Below the pieces are notes generated by a model. It saw only the letters and a list, made by a program, of their open reading frames with translations, was not told the DNA's origin and did not search any database. A program made the position numbers and the translations under genes. Below, piece by piece: positions 8,958 through 17,934 of a DNA stretch of 64,000 nt; the stretch's first letter is position 1; every line of letters starts with the position of its first letter. The stretch lies in NCBI GenBank assembly GCA_038065275.1, contig JBBTRH010000002.1, positions 34,756 through 98,755 of the forward strand, read 5' to 3'. Source of the DNA: Patescibacteria group bacterium (GTDB taxonomy: Bacteria; Patescibacteriota; Patescibacteriia; SBBC01; CAIJZX01).

Positions 8958-10253
8958 ATGTCCCGCTCCGCTCGCCGCATCTATTACAGCTCCGCTTTCG
9001 CCGTCTTCCTGGTGGCGGGACCGCTGTTGGTGGCCTGGACCGGCGGCTACCGCTGGGTTAATTGGCGGGCCGGTTTCGTCCGCACCGGCGCGCTAGTTAT
9101 TTCCAGCGACCCGCGAGCCACGGTGTTCCTCAACGGCCAGCCGCGCGGCTTGACGCCGCAGCGCCTGACCCACCTCCGGCCAGGCACCTATACGGTCGAG
9201 TTGAAAAAAAACGGCTGGGCGACCTGGCGGCGGGACGTTCGCATTGTGCCGCGGACCGCCCAAGTCATCGGCCCGGTGTCATTGGTGCCGCCCCAGTTCA
9301 CGTCCGTCAAGATCGACCTTGGCCAGGCTCAGGACGTGATCGCCGCCGACGACCGGCAAACTATCTTCGGGGTGACTAAAAACGCCAACGACTGGTCGGT
9401 GCAGGCCGTCTGGCCCGATCCCTGGCCGACATCTACCAGGCTCCCCTGGCGGCCCACGGCGGTGAGCGTCAGTCCGAACCGCCAGACCGTCGTTTACCGT
9501 GATGACCGCGCCGCGGCGATCGTCAACAAAAACCGCGGCGATGCCGTATGGCTGACCGCCGCCCCGGACGCGATCACCTGGGACCCATCGTCCGCGAACA
9601 TTGTCTACGGCCGGCGCGACGGCACGCTGTACCGCTACGACGCCCTGACCCAGGGCGTGACCGCCCTCGGCTCGGCTGACTCATTCTCGCTGGTTGGTGA
9701 TTCCCTGTGGGTGACGCGAACCGCCGCCGCCGCGACGGTGATCACCAAACAACGGACTTTCGGCCAGAGCGTTCCCGACGTGGTGATACAATTGCCTGAC
9801 GAGTGGATCTTGGCCGACACCGGCGCGCTGACGCTGAACAATCCCAAAACACGAGAAATGACCGAACTCCGGTCCGACCCATTGACGAACCAGGTCACCA
9901 CCAGCTCCTTCGGCCTGGTCGATCGGATGTGGTGGACTGACCGCGCCCAGCCGCCGCTCTGGCTCAACGGGAGTGACCTGTTGACCTTCGACGATCGCCA
10001 GCGGACGATCCTAGTCGACCGTTACCCGCAACCGCCAACCGCGGCGTGGTGGCTGGTTCCCGGCCATATCCTTTTGACCTTCGACGGTCAAACACTCCGC
10101 ATCGCCAGCGTCAGCGACCGGCAAGGACGAGGCACCCTGCTGGAACGGCGATTGGCCGTTCCCGGCCAGTTGCTCGGTTTCGACCTTATCAAGCGTGAGG
10201 CGGTTTTCCAAACCGGTACGAATCCTCCGCAGTTATCGGCCTGGCGTTGGTAG
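8958..10253 (+). CDS. PEGA-domain membrane-anchored protein with beta-rich C-terminus
   Basis: TM then TGALVISSDP.ATVFLNG...TP....L.PG.Y.V...K.G PEGA pattern; ATG 8958 preferred as start. Confidence 0.85.
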   Translation: MSRSARRIYYSSAFAVFLVAGPLLVAWTGGYRWVNWRAGFVRTGALVISSDPRATVFLNGQPRGLTPQRLTHLRPGTYTVELKKNGWATWRRDVRIVPRTAQVIGPVSLVPPQFTSVKIDLGQAQDVIAADDRQTIFGVTKNANDWSVQAVWPDPWPTSTRLPWRPTAVSVSPNRQTVVYRDDRAAAIVNKNRGDAVWLTAAPDAITWDPSSANIVYGRRDGTLYRYDALTQGVTALGSADSFSLVGDSLWVTRTAAAATVITKQRTFGQSVPDVVIQLPDEWILADTGALTLNNPKTREMTELRSDPLTNQVTTSSFGLVDRMWWTDRAQPPLWLNGSDLLTFDDRQRTILVDRYPQPPTAAWWLVPGHILLTFDGQTLRIASVSDRQGRGTLLERRLAVPGQLLGFDLIKREAVFQTGTNPPQLSAWRW

Positions 10254-10306
10254 TTGATTAGTTGATTAGCCGGTTAGCTCGTTAGCTGGTTAGTCAGTTA
10301 GTTTTC
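10251..10306. repeat. Degenerate 8-bp tandem repeat, about 7 units beginning TAG
   Basis: tagttgat tagttgat tagccggt tagctcgt tagctggt tagtcagt tagttttc. Confidence 0.75.
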
Positions 10307-10364
10307 CTATTCCATTTTTCATCGACAACCCGACACTCATCAGCCCCACCGCTATCAACCACAC
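10290..10364 (-). pseudogene. Orphan 3' end of the 10675 membrane gene (VWLIAVGLMSVGLSMKNGIGKLTD*)
   Basis: Aligns without gaps to VWLAAVILVSGGLVVKRGMAEL of the intact gene. Confidence 0.7.
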
Positions 10365-10633
10365 CGCGCCACCAGCGTCCGGAGCAGGCGTTGGAATTGC
10401 TTGCGCGTTACCAGCACCTCACCGCTCATGATTGCATCTAACTTGGTGTTGATGGTGCTGAATTCTTCTTTAATCAATTCGTCCTGTTTCCCCTGGCTGG
10501 CGTTGAAATGGCTGATGATTTCCCGTGTTGCTCCTTTCATTTCTTCCCGCACGCCATCGCGAAAGCCACCCAGTTCGGCCTTGAGATCGTCCCTGGTCAG
10601 GAGTTTGGCGGCAGTTCGTGAGGGTTTTGGCAT
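10355..10633 (-). CDS. Small coiled-coil protein (paralog of 3930..4199), C-terminus clipped at junction
   Basis: ISHFNASQG...FSTINTKLDAIM...RKQFQRLLRTL; promoter-like TTGACG-16-TATTCT upstream. Confidence 0.7.
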   Translation of the reverse strand: MPKPSRTAAKLLTRDDLKAELGGFRDGVREEMKGATREIISHFNASQGKQDELIKEEFSTINTKLDAIMSGEVLVTRKQFQRLLRTLVARCG

Positions 10634-10674
10634 AACAATGTTGTATGAACAGAATACCATTCAGCCGGTTGACG

Positions 10675-10926
10675 TCAAGGGCTAGATTTTTTCTCTTTCC
10701 CTAACTCCGCCATCCCCCGCTTGACCACCAACCCGCCGCTGACCAATATCACCGCCGCCAACCACACCAGGCTGATATTCACCGCCCCCGACACATAGCC
10801 GGGCCGCCACGATTCGAGCCCTGACATAACCGCGAGCCCGGCGATGTTCATGGCGATGCTTATATCAAGCAAAAGAATGCTCATCTCGTGAGATGTTGAT
10901 TCGATGTTAGCTGAAGAAAAAGTCAT
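10675..10926 (-). CDS. Small 2-TM membrane protein (E..RPG[FY]V....N family)
   Basis: LESWRPGYVSGAVN matches IENLRPGFVTAFYN of the 13040 ORF; start uncertain (10926 or 10884). Confidence 0.6.
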   Translation of the reverse strand: MTFSSANIESTSHEMSILLLDISIAMNIAGLAVMSGLESWRPGYVSGAVNISLVWLAAVILVSGGLVVKRGMAELGKEKKSSP

Positions 10927-10939
10927 CAGTTTTCGGGTT

Positions 10940-11401
10940 TTAACGGGACAATTCCATGGTAATTGTCTTAATTTCAACCGGCCGAACATCTGACGTCACC
11001 TTAACGATAAACGTTCGTTCCTGCCACGCGATCGCATCCCATGCTAGCGGCAGGGTGACCACCCCACCAGTCGGCGTTGTGCCGGCGGTGCCGGTCTTCC
11101 CCGCCGGAGCATTAATGCTCACGGTCAGGACGCCCTGACCGGGGACGGTGGCCACGGACAACTCGCCGGACGAGAATTTACGCGGGACGGTAACCTTAAA
11201 TGCGCTGTTCGTGTTGGCCGGGATGATGGCATTATTGTCGGCTGACGGAACCGCCCAGCGCCACGCGGCATTCGGTTGGCTGGGATTCGGCCACCGGAAC
11301 GTCACTGGCCCGAACCACAGGCGATTAATCCGCAGAACTGATCCTCCAGCGACTAGCCAGAAAAGAATGGTAACGACGATAATCAGGCGAGCGCGTGTCA
11401 T
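10940..11401 (-). CDS. Membrane-anchored beta-rich hypothetical protein
   Basis: N-terminal TM, ATGA overlap with upstream gene; FKVTVPR motif echoes FKVIIPR of the 13546 protein. Confidence 0.65.
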   Translation of the reverse strand: MTRARLIIVVTILFWLVAGGSVLRINRLWFGPVTFRWPNPSQPNAAWRWAVPSADNNAIIPANTNSAFKVTVPRKFSSGELSVATVPGQGVLTVSINAPAGKTGTAGTTPTGGVVTLPLAWDAIAWQERTFIVKVTSDVRPVEIKTITMELSR

Positions 11402-13074
11402 GATGACAAAGAAATTTTCCACAACGCATCGCGCCCGATGGTGAGCTTCCGTTCCATCCGCAGGCCGTAGTCAGCCATTGTCGTTTGCGCCTGGCCGGTG
11501 TTCACCGCGCCGACCGCCACATATAGATAAACCGGGCGAAGCGTCAATAGTTGGCGCAATGTTTTCCACTCCCCGTCATTTTGCGGCAATCGAAACGTCG
11601 ACAAACGCTGATCTTGAAAATACTTGTCGTCATGTCCGGCGATGATTACCGCGTTGTTTTCAGTCGCGGCCAGAACCGTCCCACGAAGACCGCGATTTTT
11701 ATCGTCGGCCGAAAACCTAGCGCTTATTCCTGATACTGGATGCGACCAGACGGCGACGATCTGCGAGGCACCGAGTATGACGGCTAAACTAATCACCAGC
11801 CAGCGGCGCGATAGTAAGCGCAAGGTGATGATCACCCCTGGCGCCATGGCCACGTACAGCGGCAACCAGTAGCGGGCGTATGACGACAAGGCCCCGACAT
11901 CGGCCGCCGGGGTTTGCGGATAAAGATTCCAGGTGCCGTAGTAAACGAGCGGAAACAGGCCGATCAAACTCAGCCCTGTTAATTTTAACGCTTTGCTCCG
12001 AGTCACATACTTGCGGCGGAAGTAGCGACCTAACGCCACCAGCGCCATCGCCGACCAGGCCGGCACTAATAGCACAAAATACCACCAGGCCGACGACAGC
12101 CAGTGCCACGACCACTGTCCGCCGGCAGGCGTAAACAGGCGTTGCGCCGGCGCGATGACTGTCGTCCCACCGACGGCATCGATGAACACTCCGCTCGGCG
12201 TATATCCCGACGACAGGAACGATCCGAATACGGCGCGGTTAGCGATCAACCACGGCGCCTGCACTGCCAACGTGATCAAACCGACAACTAACAACTCCCG
12301 CCAAAGTTTTCTGGCTAACAAAAGAATAATCACGGCCGGCGCCGTCCATAATGCTTCAATCGGACGAAAGAACAACGCCGCGCCGTAGGCCAAACCGAAA
12401 CCGGCGCTATATAAGTACGACGGCCGTTCGAGTAATCGCAACATGGCCCAAGCGGCAACCATCAAGACGGCTACGAACGCTCCGTTATGCAAGTACGGCA
12501 AGGTCGCGAATTCGAAGAAAGCCGGATGGAACGCGATCAGCGCCGCGCCGAGCAACGCCCACCACCGCCCCCAGAATCTCCGGAACACAAAATACATGGC
12601 TAACAAACCGCCCAGCGACAGCAACGGCGTCAAGAATCGTTCCGCACCTGCCCCAACTAACTTAATCACTAATCCGCCAGCCTGCACTAGCCCCAGGAAG
12701 CTCCCAGAGGCCAGAAATTGACCCTGGACGGCCATACTCCGCGGATGGAGAAAGGAGACCACCTCCGCCGGCAGGCCTGTATCAACGCGATACTGGCCGG
12801 TCTTAGCTAAAACCGACATGAAGTACGCGTTCGCCGCTTCGTCGGGTGAACCGACGGTGTTTGCGGTGATCACGATCCAGCCGGTCGCCAACAACCAACC
12901 GAGTATCGCCAAGCCCGCCGCTAGGCGAAAAAACAACGACGGCCGAGTACCGTCATGGTATGTCGATGCCTGCCACCGCTCAGTTATAGAAAATGACGGG
13001 CGGGGCCCCGCCATCGGCGGAGCTGATAAATCAGCCGACTTACGTTGATTGTTCGGGATCGTCGTCTCGGTCAT
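11398..13074 (-). CDS. GT-C fold membrane glycosyltransferase (PMT/ArnT-like)
   Basis: About 12 TM; SPDE diacidic loop after TM1, FFRP, YARYWLP, soluble C-terminal domain. Confidence 0.7.
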   Translation of the reverse strand: MTETTIPNNQRKSADLSAPPMAGPRPSFSITERWQASTYHDGTRPSLFFRLAAGLAILGWLLATGWIVITANTVGSPDEAANAYFMSVLAKTGQYRVDTGLPAEVVSFLHPRSMAVQGQFLASGSFLGLVQAGGLVIKLVGAGAERFLTPLLSLGGLLAMYFVFRRFWGRWWALLGAALIAFHPAFFEFATLPYLHNGAFVAVLMVAAWAMLRLLERPSYLYSAGFGLAYGAALFFRPIEALWTAPAVIILLLARKLWRELLVVGLITLAVQAPWLIANRAVFGSFLSSGYTPSGVFIDAVGGTTVIAPAQRLFTPAGGQWSWHWLSSAWWYFVLLVPAWSAMALVALGRYFRRKYVTRSKALKLTGLSLIGLFPLVYYGTWNLYPQTPAADVGALSSYARYWLPLYVAMAPGVIITLRLLSRRWLVISLAVILGASQIVAVWSHPVSGISARFSADDKNRGLRGTVLAATENNAVIIAGHDDKYFQDQRLSTFRLPQNDGEWKTLRQLLTLRPVYLYVAVGAVNTGQAQTTMADYGLRMERKLTIGRDALWKISLSS

Positions 13075-13471
13075 AGTACACAAGCAACGCCAGGCCGAGG
13101 ACGATCAAGCCCGACAGTGGAGCGATGACTTTTACTAACCAGCCGATCGATGAGGTTTTGTACCACACGACCGCCACCGTACCCAGGGCCAGCAACACCA
13201 TCCAGATGAAATCCTTCCACGTCGGTTTCGCCGGTTCGCGCTTCGCTTCCGGTACGACGACTGGCCAGATCGTGGATAACACGCCGGTGACGATCGCCGC
13301 CCACAGGAAATTATTTAAGTTGTAGAAGGCGGTGACGAATCCTGGGCGAAGGTTCTCAATCAGGTAGAATCCCAGGTAGGACACCAACGACACCTGGAAA
13401 GCGAAGGACAGGATTTCCCTCGTCTCGACGGCTGTCAGCGGCCAGGGGATGGAAAAGGTGATGCGACGCAT
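13040..13471 (-). CDS. 4-TM membrane protein
   Basis: Hydrophobic; ENLRPGFV motif; acidic tail. Confidence 0.7.
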   Translation of the reverse strand: MRRITFSIPWPLTAVETREILSFAFQVSLVSYLGFYLIENLRPGFVTAFYNLNNFLWAAIVTGVLSTIWPVVVPEAKREPAKPTWKDFIWMVLLALGTVAVVWYKTSSIGWLVKVIAPLSGLIVLGLALLVYYDRDDDPEQST

Positions 13472-13478
13472 GAGAGGG

Positions 13479-13520
13479 TTTGTTGATTGGGGACTTGGTT
13501 GATTGGTTAATTTGGGGAAA
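13479..13520. repeat. Degenerate 8-bp tandem repeat (TTGG-rich units)
   Basis: tttgttga ttggggac ttggttga ttggttaa ttggggaa in intergenic spacer. Confidence 0.5.
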
Positions 13521-13545
13521 TTGACGAGTATTGCTGTTGAGATTA

Positions 13546-15117
13546 TTACTTTAATCCAAGTTTCTGCCAAATTTTATTCCAGGGGAACGGACCGCGAATT
13601 AGCGTCACGCGGATGTCCCGCAACCCCAGTTGGGCGTCGCTCGCCTTCAAGCCCGGCGAGGCGATGGAAAAAGTCAGCGTCTTGGTGGCCAGTCCGAGAT
13701 CGCTGAGGTTATATGTCCGGTCGACGACGATATCTTTATTATCTCCGGCCGGCCGCGGCTGATACTTGGCAATAATGTAATCGTACGGCGTCAAATCGGG
13801 CGCACCGGCGACGTCAACGGGGTGGACGCCGTCGGGAATGAGCTCCGCCGGAGCGATTGCGATTAGGCCGTCGCTTAAGACCGTGGCATCGCCTTTGGCG
13901 ATCTCAAAGGCCGTCGGGCCGGATAACCCGCTGGCCGTTTGATTGACTTTCAACTCCTTCAGGTTGAACTTCTTGCCGGCCACCGTCAGGGTTTGCTTGC
14001 CCTGATCATGGTTGGCGGCGAAGGACAAAGACGATCCGCTGGTGACCAGCTGAACCGGCTGGAATGACGGTTCACCGTAGGCCGGACCTTCGGCTAAAAA
14101 AACCCGGCCGTTGAAAGCTAAATTATGTTGCGCGCTGGTTAAGTTGTTGAATACGACATCTTCAGTGGCGGTGATATCAACCAGATATGTGCCGGCCGGT
14201 ACGTTCTTGATCGCCAGATCAACGCGCTGGGCGGCGCCGCGCGGACCTTTCGGGCCGGCGTTACCGTCGTCGGCGACGGTTATTGTTTTCAGCCACGTCC
14301 GCGAATCGTTTGTCAGTTGATCGGCGCGGGCGACTTGAACAGTCATCGTATCGGCGCCCGCTTGCCGATTAAGATCTATTTTATCAAAGGCCAGGCGTAA
14401 ATCCTCGTTCGCCGCGTAAACGTAAAGTTGGTGGTTGCCGCGGAAGGTGCGATTGAGCGTGATCGGCGATGAGCGGGGTTGGTAGTTCGGGATGGAAGCG
14501 AGGGCCAGGCGGTCATAACCGGCAGTGGCGACGGTGTTCAAGTCGGGCGGAGCGGAGCGGAAATCGTTGATCGACGCGTATTGTTTAAGCGTCCGCTCCG
14601 TCGTGACGGTTTTTGTCTTGGCTTTCTTGCCGGTTCCAGTGACGATTTTTTCTTCGCTCACGCGCTTGTCGCGCATCCACAGCGTCATCGTTCCGTCGCT
14701 GACGTGTTTCCAGTCGAGGTTGTCGAGCGCCGCAGAAGAAACAATAGTCGAATAATCGCCGTCGGTTTTCGCCTTAGCGTTCAAGGCGATGTACGATTGC
14801 GTTCCGGGTTGAAGCCGGACGCGAACGCGAACGGCCTCGATTAAACGCGGGATGATGACCTTAAAAGGAAAGTTGTCAGTTGTGACGCGCCAACGAAGCT
14901 TGGCATCAGCGGTGCGGATAAGAGTGGTCGGCGCGGTCGGGCTGACCGCGCGAGTCGCGCGGCCGGGACGGTACATATAGGACAGCGTCGGCGTGATAAA
15001 TATCGATTGGTTGATCAAGTCCGCCAGCAGGGCCAGCGGCACGATCACCATGATAACTTTCACCGCGCTAACGACAGTCTTATAAACCGAGTGGTGGTGG
15101 AGTAAATCGTTGAACAT
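13546..15117 (-). CDS. Large membrane-anchored extracellular protein, paralog of 15657..16649
   Basis: TM anchor; shared core TFRG.HQ.Y.YAA, FDK.DLNR, DDG, AFNGRVFLAEGPAY, SDGLIA.APAELIP. Confidence 0.85.
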   Translation of the reverse strand: MFNDLLHHHSVYKTVVSAVKVIMVIVPLALLADLINQSIFITPTLSYMYRPGRATRAVSPTAPTTLIRTADAKLRWRVTTDNFPFKVIIPRLIEAVRVRVRLQPGTQSYIALNAKAKTDGDYSTIVSSAALDNLDWKHVSDGTMTLWMRDKRVSEEKIVTGTGKKAKTKTVTTERTLKQYASINDFRSAPPDLNTVATAGYDRLALASIPNYQPRSSPITLNRTFRGNHQLYVYAANEDLRLAFDKIDLNRQAGADTMTVQVARADQLTNDSRTWLKTITVADDGNAGPKGPRGAAQRVDLAIKNVPAGTYLVDITATEDVVFNNLTSAQHNLAFNGRVFLAEGPAYGEPSFQPVQLVTSGSSLSFAANHDQGKQTLTVAGKKFNLKELKVNQTASGLSGPTAFEIAKGDATVLSDGLIAIAPAELIPDGVHPVDVAGAPDLTPYDYIIAKYQPRPAGDNKDIVVDRTYNLSDLGLATKTLTFSIASPGLKASDAQLGLRDIRVTLIRGPFPWNKIWQKLGLK

Positions 15118-15180
15118 GGTAATAACTGGGCGGAATATTACCTTATTTGGGGGAAAAAACAAAGTCAGCCGGAGTGGAAT

Positions 15181-15305
15181 CCCCACCCCCAACGCCCCCT
15201 CCCGACCTCCTCTTCCCCGTGCGCGGGGTTGCCCTCCTTAGGCCGAAGGATGGCACTTCGGGAGGGGGATCTTGAGCAAAGCGAAAGAGGGTGCCGGGGG
15301 TGGGG
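15181..15305. repeat. Nested GC palindromic element, family C
   Basis: CCCCACCCCC/GGGGGTGGGG outer arms, CCCCCTCCCGA/TCGGGAGGGGG inner arms. Confidence 0.7.
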
Positions 15306-15345
15306 GTATGCACCCCGGTCACAGCCACCGTTCATGACACTGAAT

Positions 15346-15519
15346 TTACAACTGTCGCTCAGTCTCTTCAAAAAAAAGTTCGGCCGCTTCCGCAAATCGC
15401 TGCTTCGCCTGATCGAATGTTTTTCCGGAGGTCGACAAATCAAGCGCGGGTGTATAGGCGATAAAACGCTTACCCTCGCGGAGAATGGAAACGGGTAGAA
15501 TAATGTTGCGAACGGCCAT
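15346..15519 (-). CDS. HicB-like antitoxin N-terminal domain, 57 aa (not in ORF track)
   Basis: MAVRNIILPVSILREGKRFIAYTPALDLSTSGKTFDQAKQRFAEAAELFFEETERQL*; TGGACA-17-TAGTAT promoter ends 6 nt before ATG. Confidence 0.75.
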   Translation of the reverse strand: MAVRNIILPVSILREGKRFIAYTPALDLSTSGKTFDQAKQRFAEAAELFFEETERQL

Positions 15520-15553
15520 AAGGCGATACTATCAAATCAACGTCGTTTTGTCC

Positions 15554-15657
15554 ACCCCGTTAGAGGCGAACGCTGACACCAGAAGAACGGTTGATTTTCC
15601 CGGCGTCCTGAATTGTACTATATGACCGAGGCAAACCACCCTCGCCTCTAACGGGGT
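15554..15657. mobile_element. MITE-like element, family A
   Basis: Perfect 16-bp IR ACCCCGTTAGAGGCGA / TCGCCTCTAACGGGGT. Confidence 0.7.
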
Positions 15658-16649
15658 TAATATTTCGCCAAGGCCGCGTCCGACGGCGCAGTATTCGGGG
15701 CCGGGATTTTCGGTTCTTGTTGCTTTACCGCGGGCGGAATGAGTTCGGCCGGCGCGACCGCGATCAAGCCGTCACTGGTGAAAATGGCGTCCCCTTTTGA
15801 CACTCTGACCATCGTCGTGCCGTTCAGTCCGTCAGCCACTTGATCAGCTCGGACGTTAGTTAAGGCATACGTAGCGCCGTTGACTTCGATATTTTGCCGG
15901 CCGGGATAATGATTGGCGGAAAACGCCAGTCTGGTGCCGTCAGTGCTCAGGGAGATCGGAGTAAAGGGGGTCTTGGCGTAAGCCGGCCCCTCGGCCAGGA
16001 ATACCCGCCCGTTAAAGGCTAATAAGCGTTGCCGGCTGGTTACATTGGAAATCAACACGTCTTCGCTGGCGACGATGTCGATCAAGTAGACACCGGGACG
16101 GTCGGCCGGCAGTGACAACGCGACGCGCTGGGGTCTCCCGCGCCGCCCCTTGGCGACCGTCACGCCGTCGTCCCCGACCGTGACGGTTTTTAGCCAGGTT
16201 GGTCGTTCGGCGGCGATGGTGTCGACCCTGGCTATACGGGCAGTTAAAGTCTCGGGGCCGAGATACCGATTGAGATCGACTTTGTCGAAGCTGAACTGAA
16301 TGGTTTCGAGAGCGGCATAAATATAAATCTGGTGACTCCCGCGAAACGTATTGTTGATGGTGATCGGCGCGGCGCTCGGCCGGTATCCTTTGACGACCAC
16401 TGACGCTAATCGATTGACCACCTTGTTCCGGCGGGGAGATGTTTTTGCGACGCGAATATTAACCTTTTTCGTGACGGCGTAAACTTGGGTGATATTGACT
16501 GGATTCCAGCGGAAGATATTATCAAAATCGATAAAAGAAAAATGGCTGTTTACAAGCAATGCGAAAAAGAAGATTGGGACGGTAACTATGATGCCCTTGA
16601 GCGCCTGTAAGCGCGTACAAAAATGTAGTTTTGGGAGTGACTGGTTCAT
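15657..16649 (-). CDS. Membrane-anchored extracellular protein, shorter paralog of 13546..15117
   Basis: About 220-aa collinear core shared with neighbour. Confidence 0.85.
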   Translation of the reverse strand: MNQSLPKLHFCTRLQALKGIIVTVPIFFFALLVNSHFSFIDFDNIFRWNPVNITQVYAVTKKVNIRVAKTSPRRNKVVNRLASVVVKGYRPSAAPITINNTFRGSHQIYIYAALETIQFSFDKVDLNRYLGPETLTARIARVDTIAAERPTWLKTVTVGDDGVTVAKGRRGRPQRVALSLPADRPGVYLIDIVASEDVLISNVTSRQRLLAFNGRVFLAEGPAYAKTPFTPISLSTDGTRLAFSANHYPGRQNIEVNGATYALTNVRADQVADGLNGTTMVRVSKGDAIFTSDGLIAVAPAELIPPAVKQQEPKIPAPNTAPSDAALAKY

Positions 16650-16723
16650 GAAAAATGTGTCTATGTCTCAGAGTAGCTTAAATGCGGGGGGAAGGCAATG
16701 AAATCGGCAAACGAATCGAAGTT

Positions 16724-16752
16724 TTGACAAAGAAACGAAAAAACAGCATAAT
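16724..16752 (+). promoter_or_regulatory. Promoter of gmd copy 1
   Basis: TTGACA-17-CATAAT; homologous to 17868-17896. Confidence 0.65.
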
Positions 16753-16790
16753 GCCTGGGCTGTTTTTGTTTATACTTGTTTGGGAAATCT

Positions 16791-17810
16791 ATGAAAAAGG
16801 CGCTAATAACGGGAATCACCGGCCAGGACGGATCGTACCTGGCAGATTTGCTGTTACAAAAGGACTATGAAGTGCATGGTTTTGTTAGGCGTTCAAGTTC
16901 TTTGCAACGAGAACGGATTGACCATCTCTTGACTGAAAAAGGTAAAAAACGATTGCATTTACATTACGGCGATTTGAATGACAGCGAATCCATCCGACAG
17001 GTACTAAAAGCAGTTAAATTGGATGAGCTTTACCATCTCGGCGGGCAAAGCCATGTGAAGATCAGTTATGAAATGCCCGAATACACGACGGACGTTTCTG
17101 GTGTTAGTACATTAAGATTTCTAGAAGCCATTAGGGAAATCGGTCTACCGACAAAATTCTACCATTCGGCTTCCAGTGAAATGTTTGGTCGCGCAACGAC
17201 TGTGCCGCAAACCGAAACTACTCCGTTTCATCCGCAGAGCCCGTACGCCATTTCCAAAGTTTTTGGTTATTGGACTACGGTAAGTTACCGTGAAAATTAC
17301 CAGATGTTTTGCAGTAATGGCATTATGTACAACCATGAATCGCCGCGCCGCGGGGAAAATTTCGTGACCAGAAAAATTACGCTGTCGTTGAACAAAATCG
17401 TCCAGGGTAAACAAGAAAAACTATCGCTGGGGAATTTGGATGCGACGCGTGATTGGGGCTATGCGCCCGATTACGTCGAAGCCATGTGGCTTATATTGCA
17501 AGCAAACAAACCCGACGATTTTATAGTAGCCAGCGGTGAATCTCATTCAATTCGTGAATTCGTGGAAACGGCTACCGAATACATTAATATCGACATACAA
17601 TGGATTGGAAAGGGCGTAAACGAGCACGGGATTGACCGCCGCACGAGAAAAACCATTATCGATATTGATCCAGTGTTTTTTCGTCCAACCGAAATCGGTC
17701 AATTACAAGGAAATCCGGAGAAAATAAAGAAGGCGCTCGGTTGGAAACCGACAGTCGGTTTCAAAAAGCTTGTTCAGGTCATGATGGAAGCAGATCGCCA
17801 GCAAAAGTAA
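16791..17810 (+). CDS. gmd: GDP-mannose 4,6-dehydratase (copy 1)
   Basis: [49 protein letters not shown]. Confidence 0.93.
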   Translation: MKKALITGITGQDGSYLADLLLQKDYEVHGFVRRSSSLQRERIDHLLTEKGKKRLHLHYGDLNDSESIRQVLKAVKLDELYHLGGQSHVKISYEMPEYTTDVSGVSTLRFLEAIREIGLPTKFYHSASSEMFGRATTVPQTETTPFHPQSPYAISKVFGYWTTVSYRENYQMFCSNGIMYNHESPRRGENFVTRKITLSLNKIVQGKQEKLSLGNLDATRDWGYAPDYVEAMWLILQANKPDDFIVASGESHSIREFVETATEYINIDIQWIGKGVNEHGIDRRTRKTIIDIDPVFFRPTEIGQLQGNPEKIKKALGWKPTVGFKKLVQVMMEADRQQK

Positions 17811-17867
17811 TGTTATTTAAATCCTACACCGGCAACAAAAGTCTGAACCATACAAAAAATCGACGTT

Positions 17868-17896
17868 TTGACAAAGCATCGAAAAAATAGCATAAT
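17868..17896 (+). promoter_or_regulatory. Promoter of gmd copy 2
   Basis: TTGACA-17-CATAAT with leader homologous to that of copy 1. Confidence 0.65.
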
Positions 17897-17934
17897 GCCG
17901 AGGCTATTTTTGTTTATTCTCGTTTTAGAAATTT

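Noticed and set aside
10251-10306. CRISPR array
   Set aside because: 8-bp units without spacers; no cas1/cas2; the PD-(D/E)XK gene is solitary
13546-16649. Diversity-generating retroelement template/variable repeat pair
   Set aside because: Paralogs diverge throughout rather than at adenines only, and no reverse transcriptase is present
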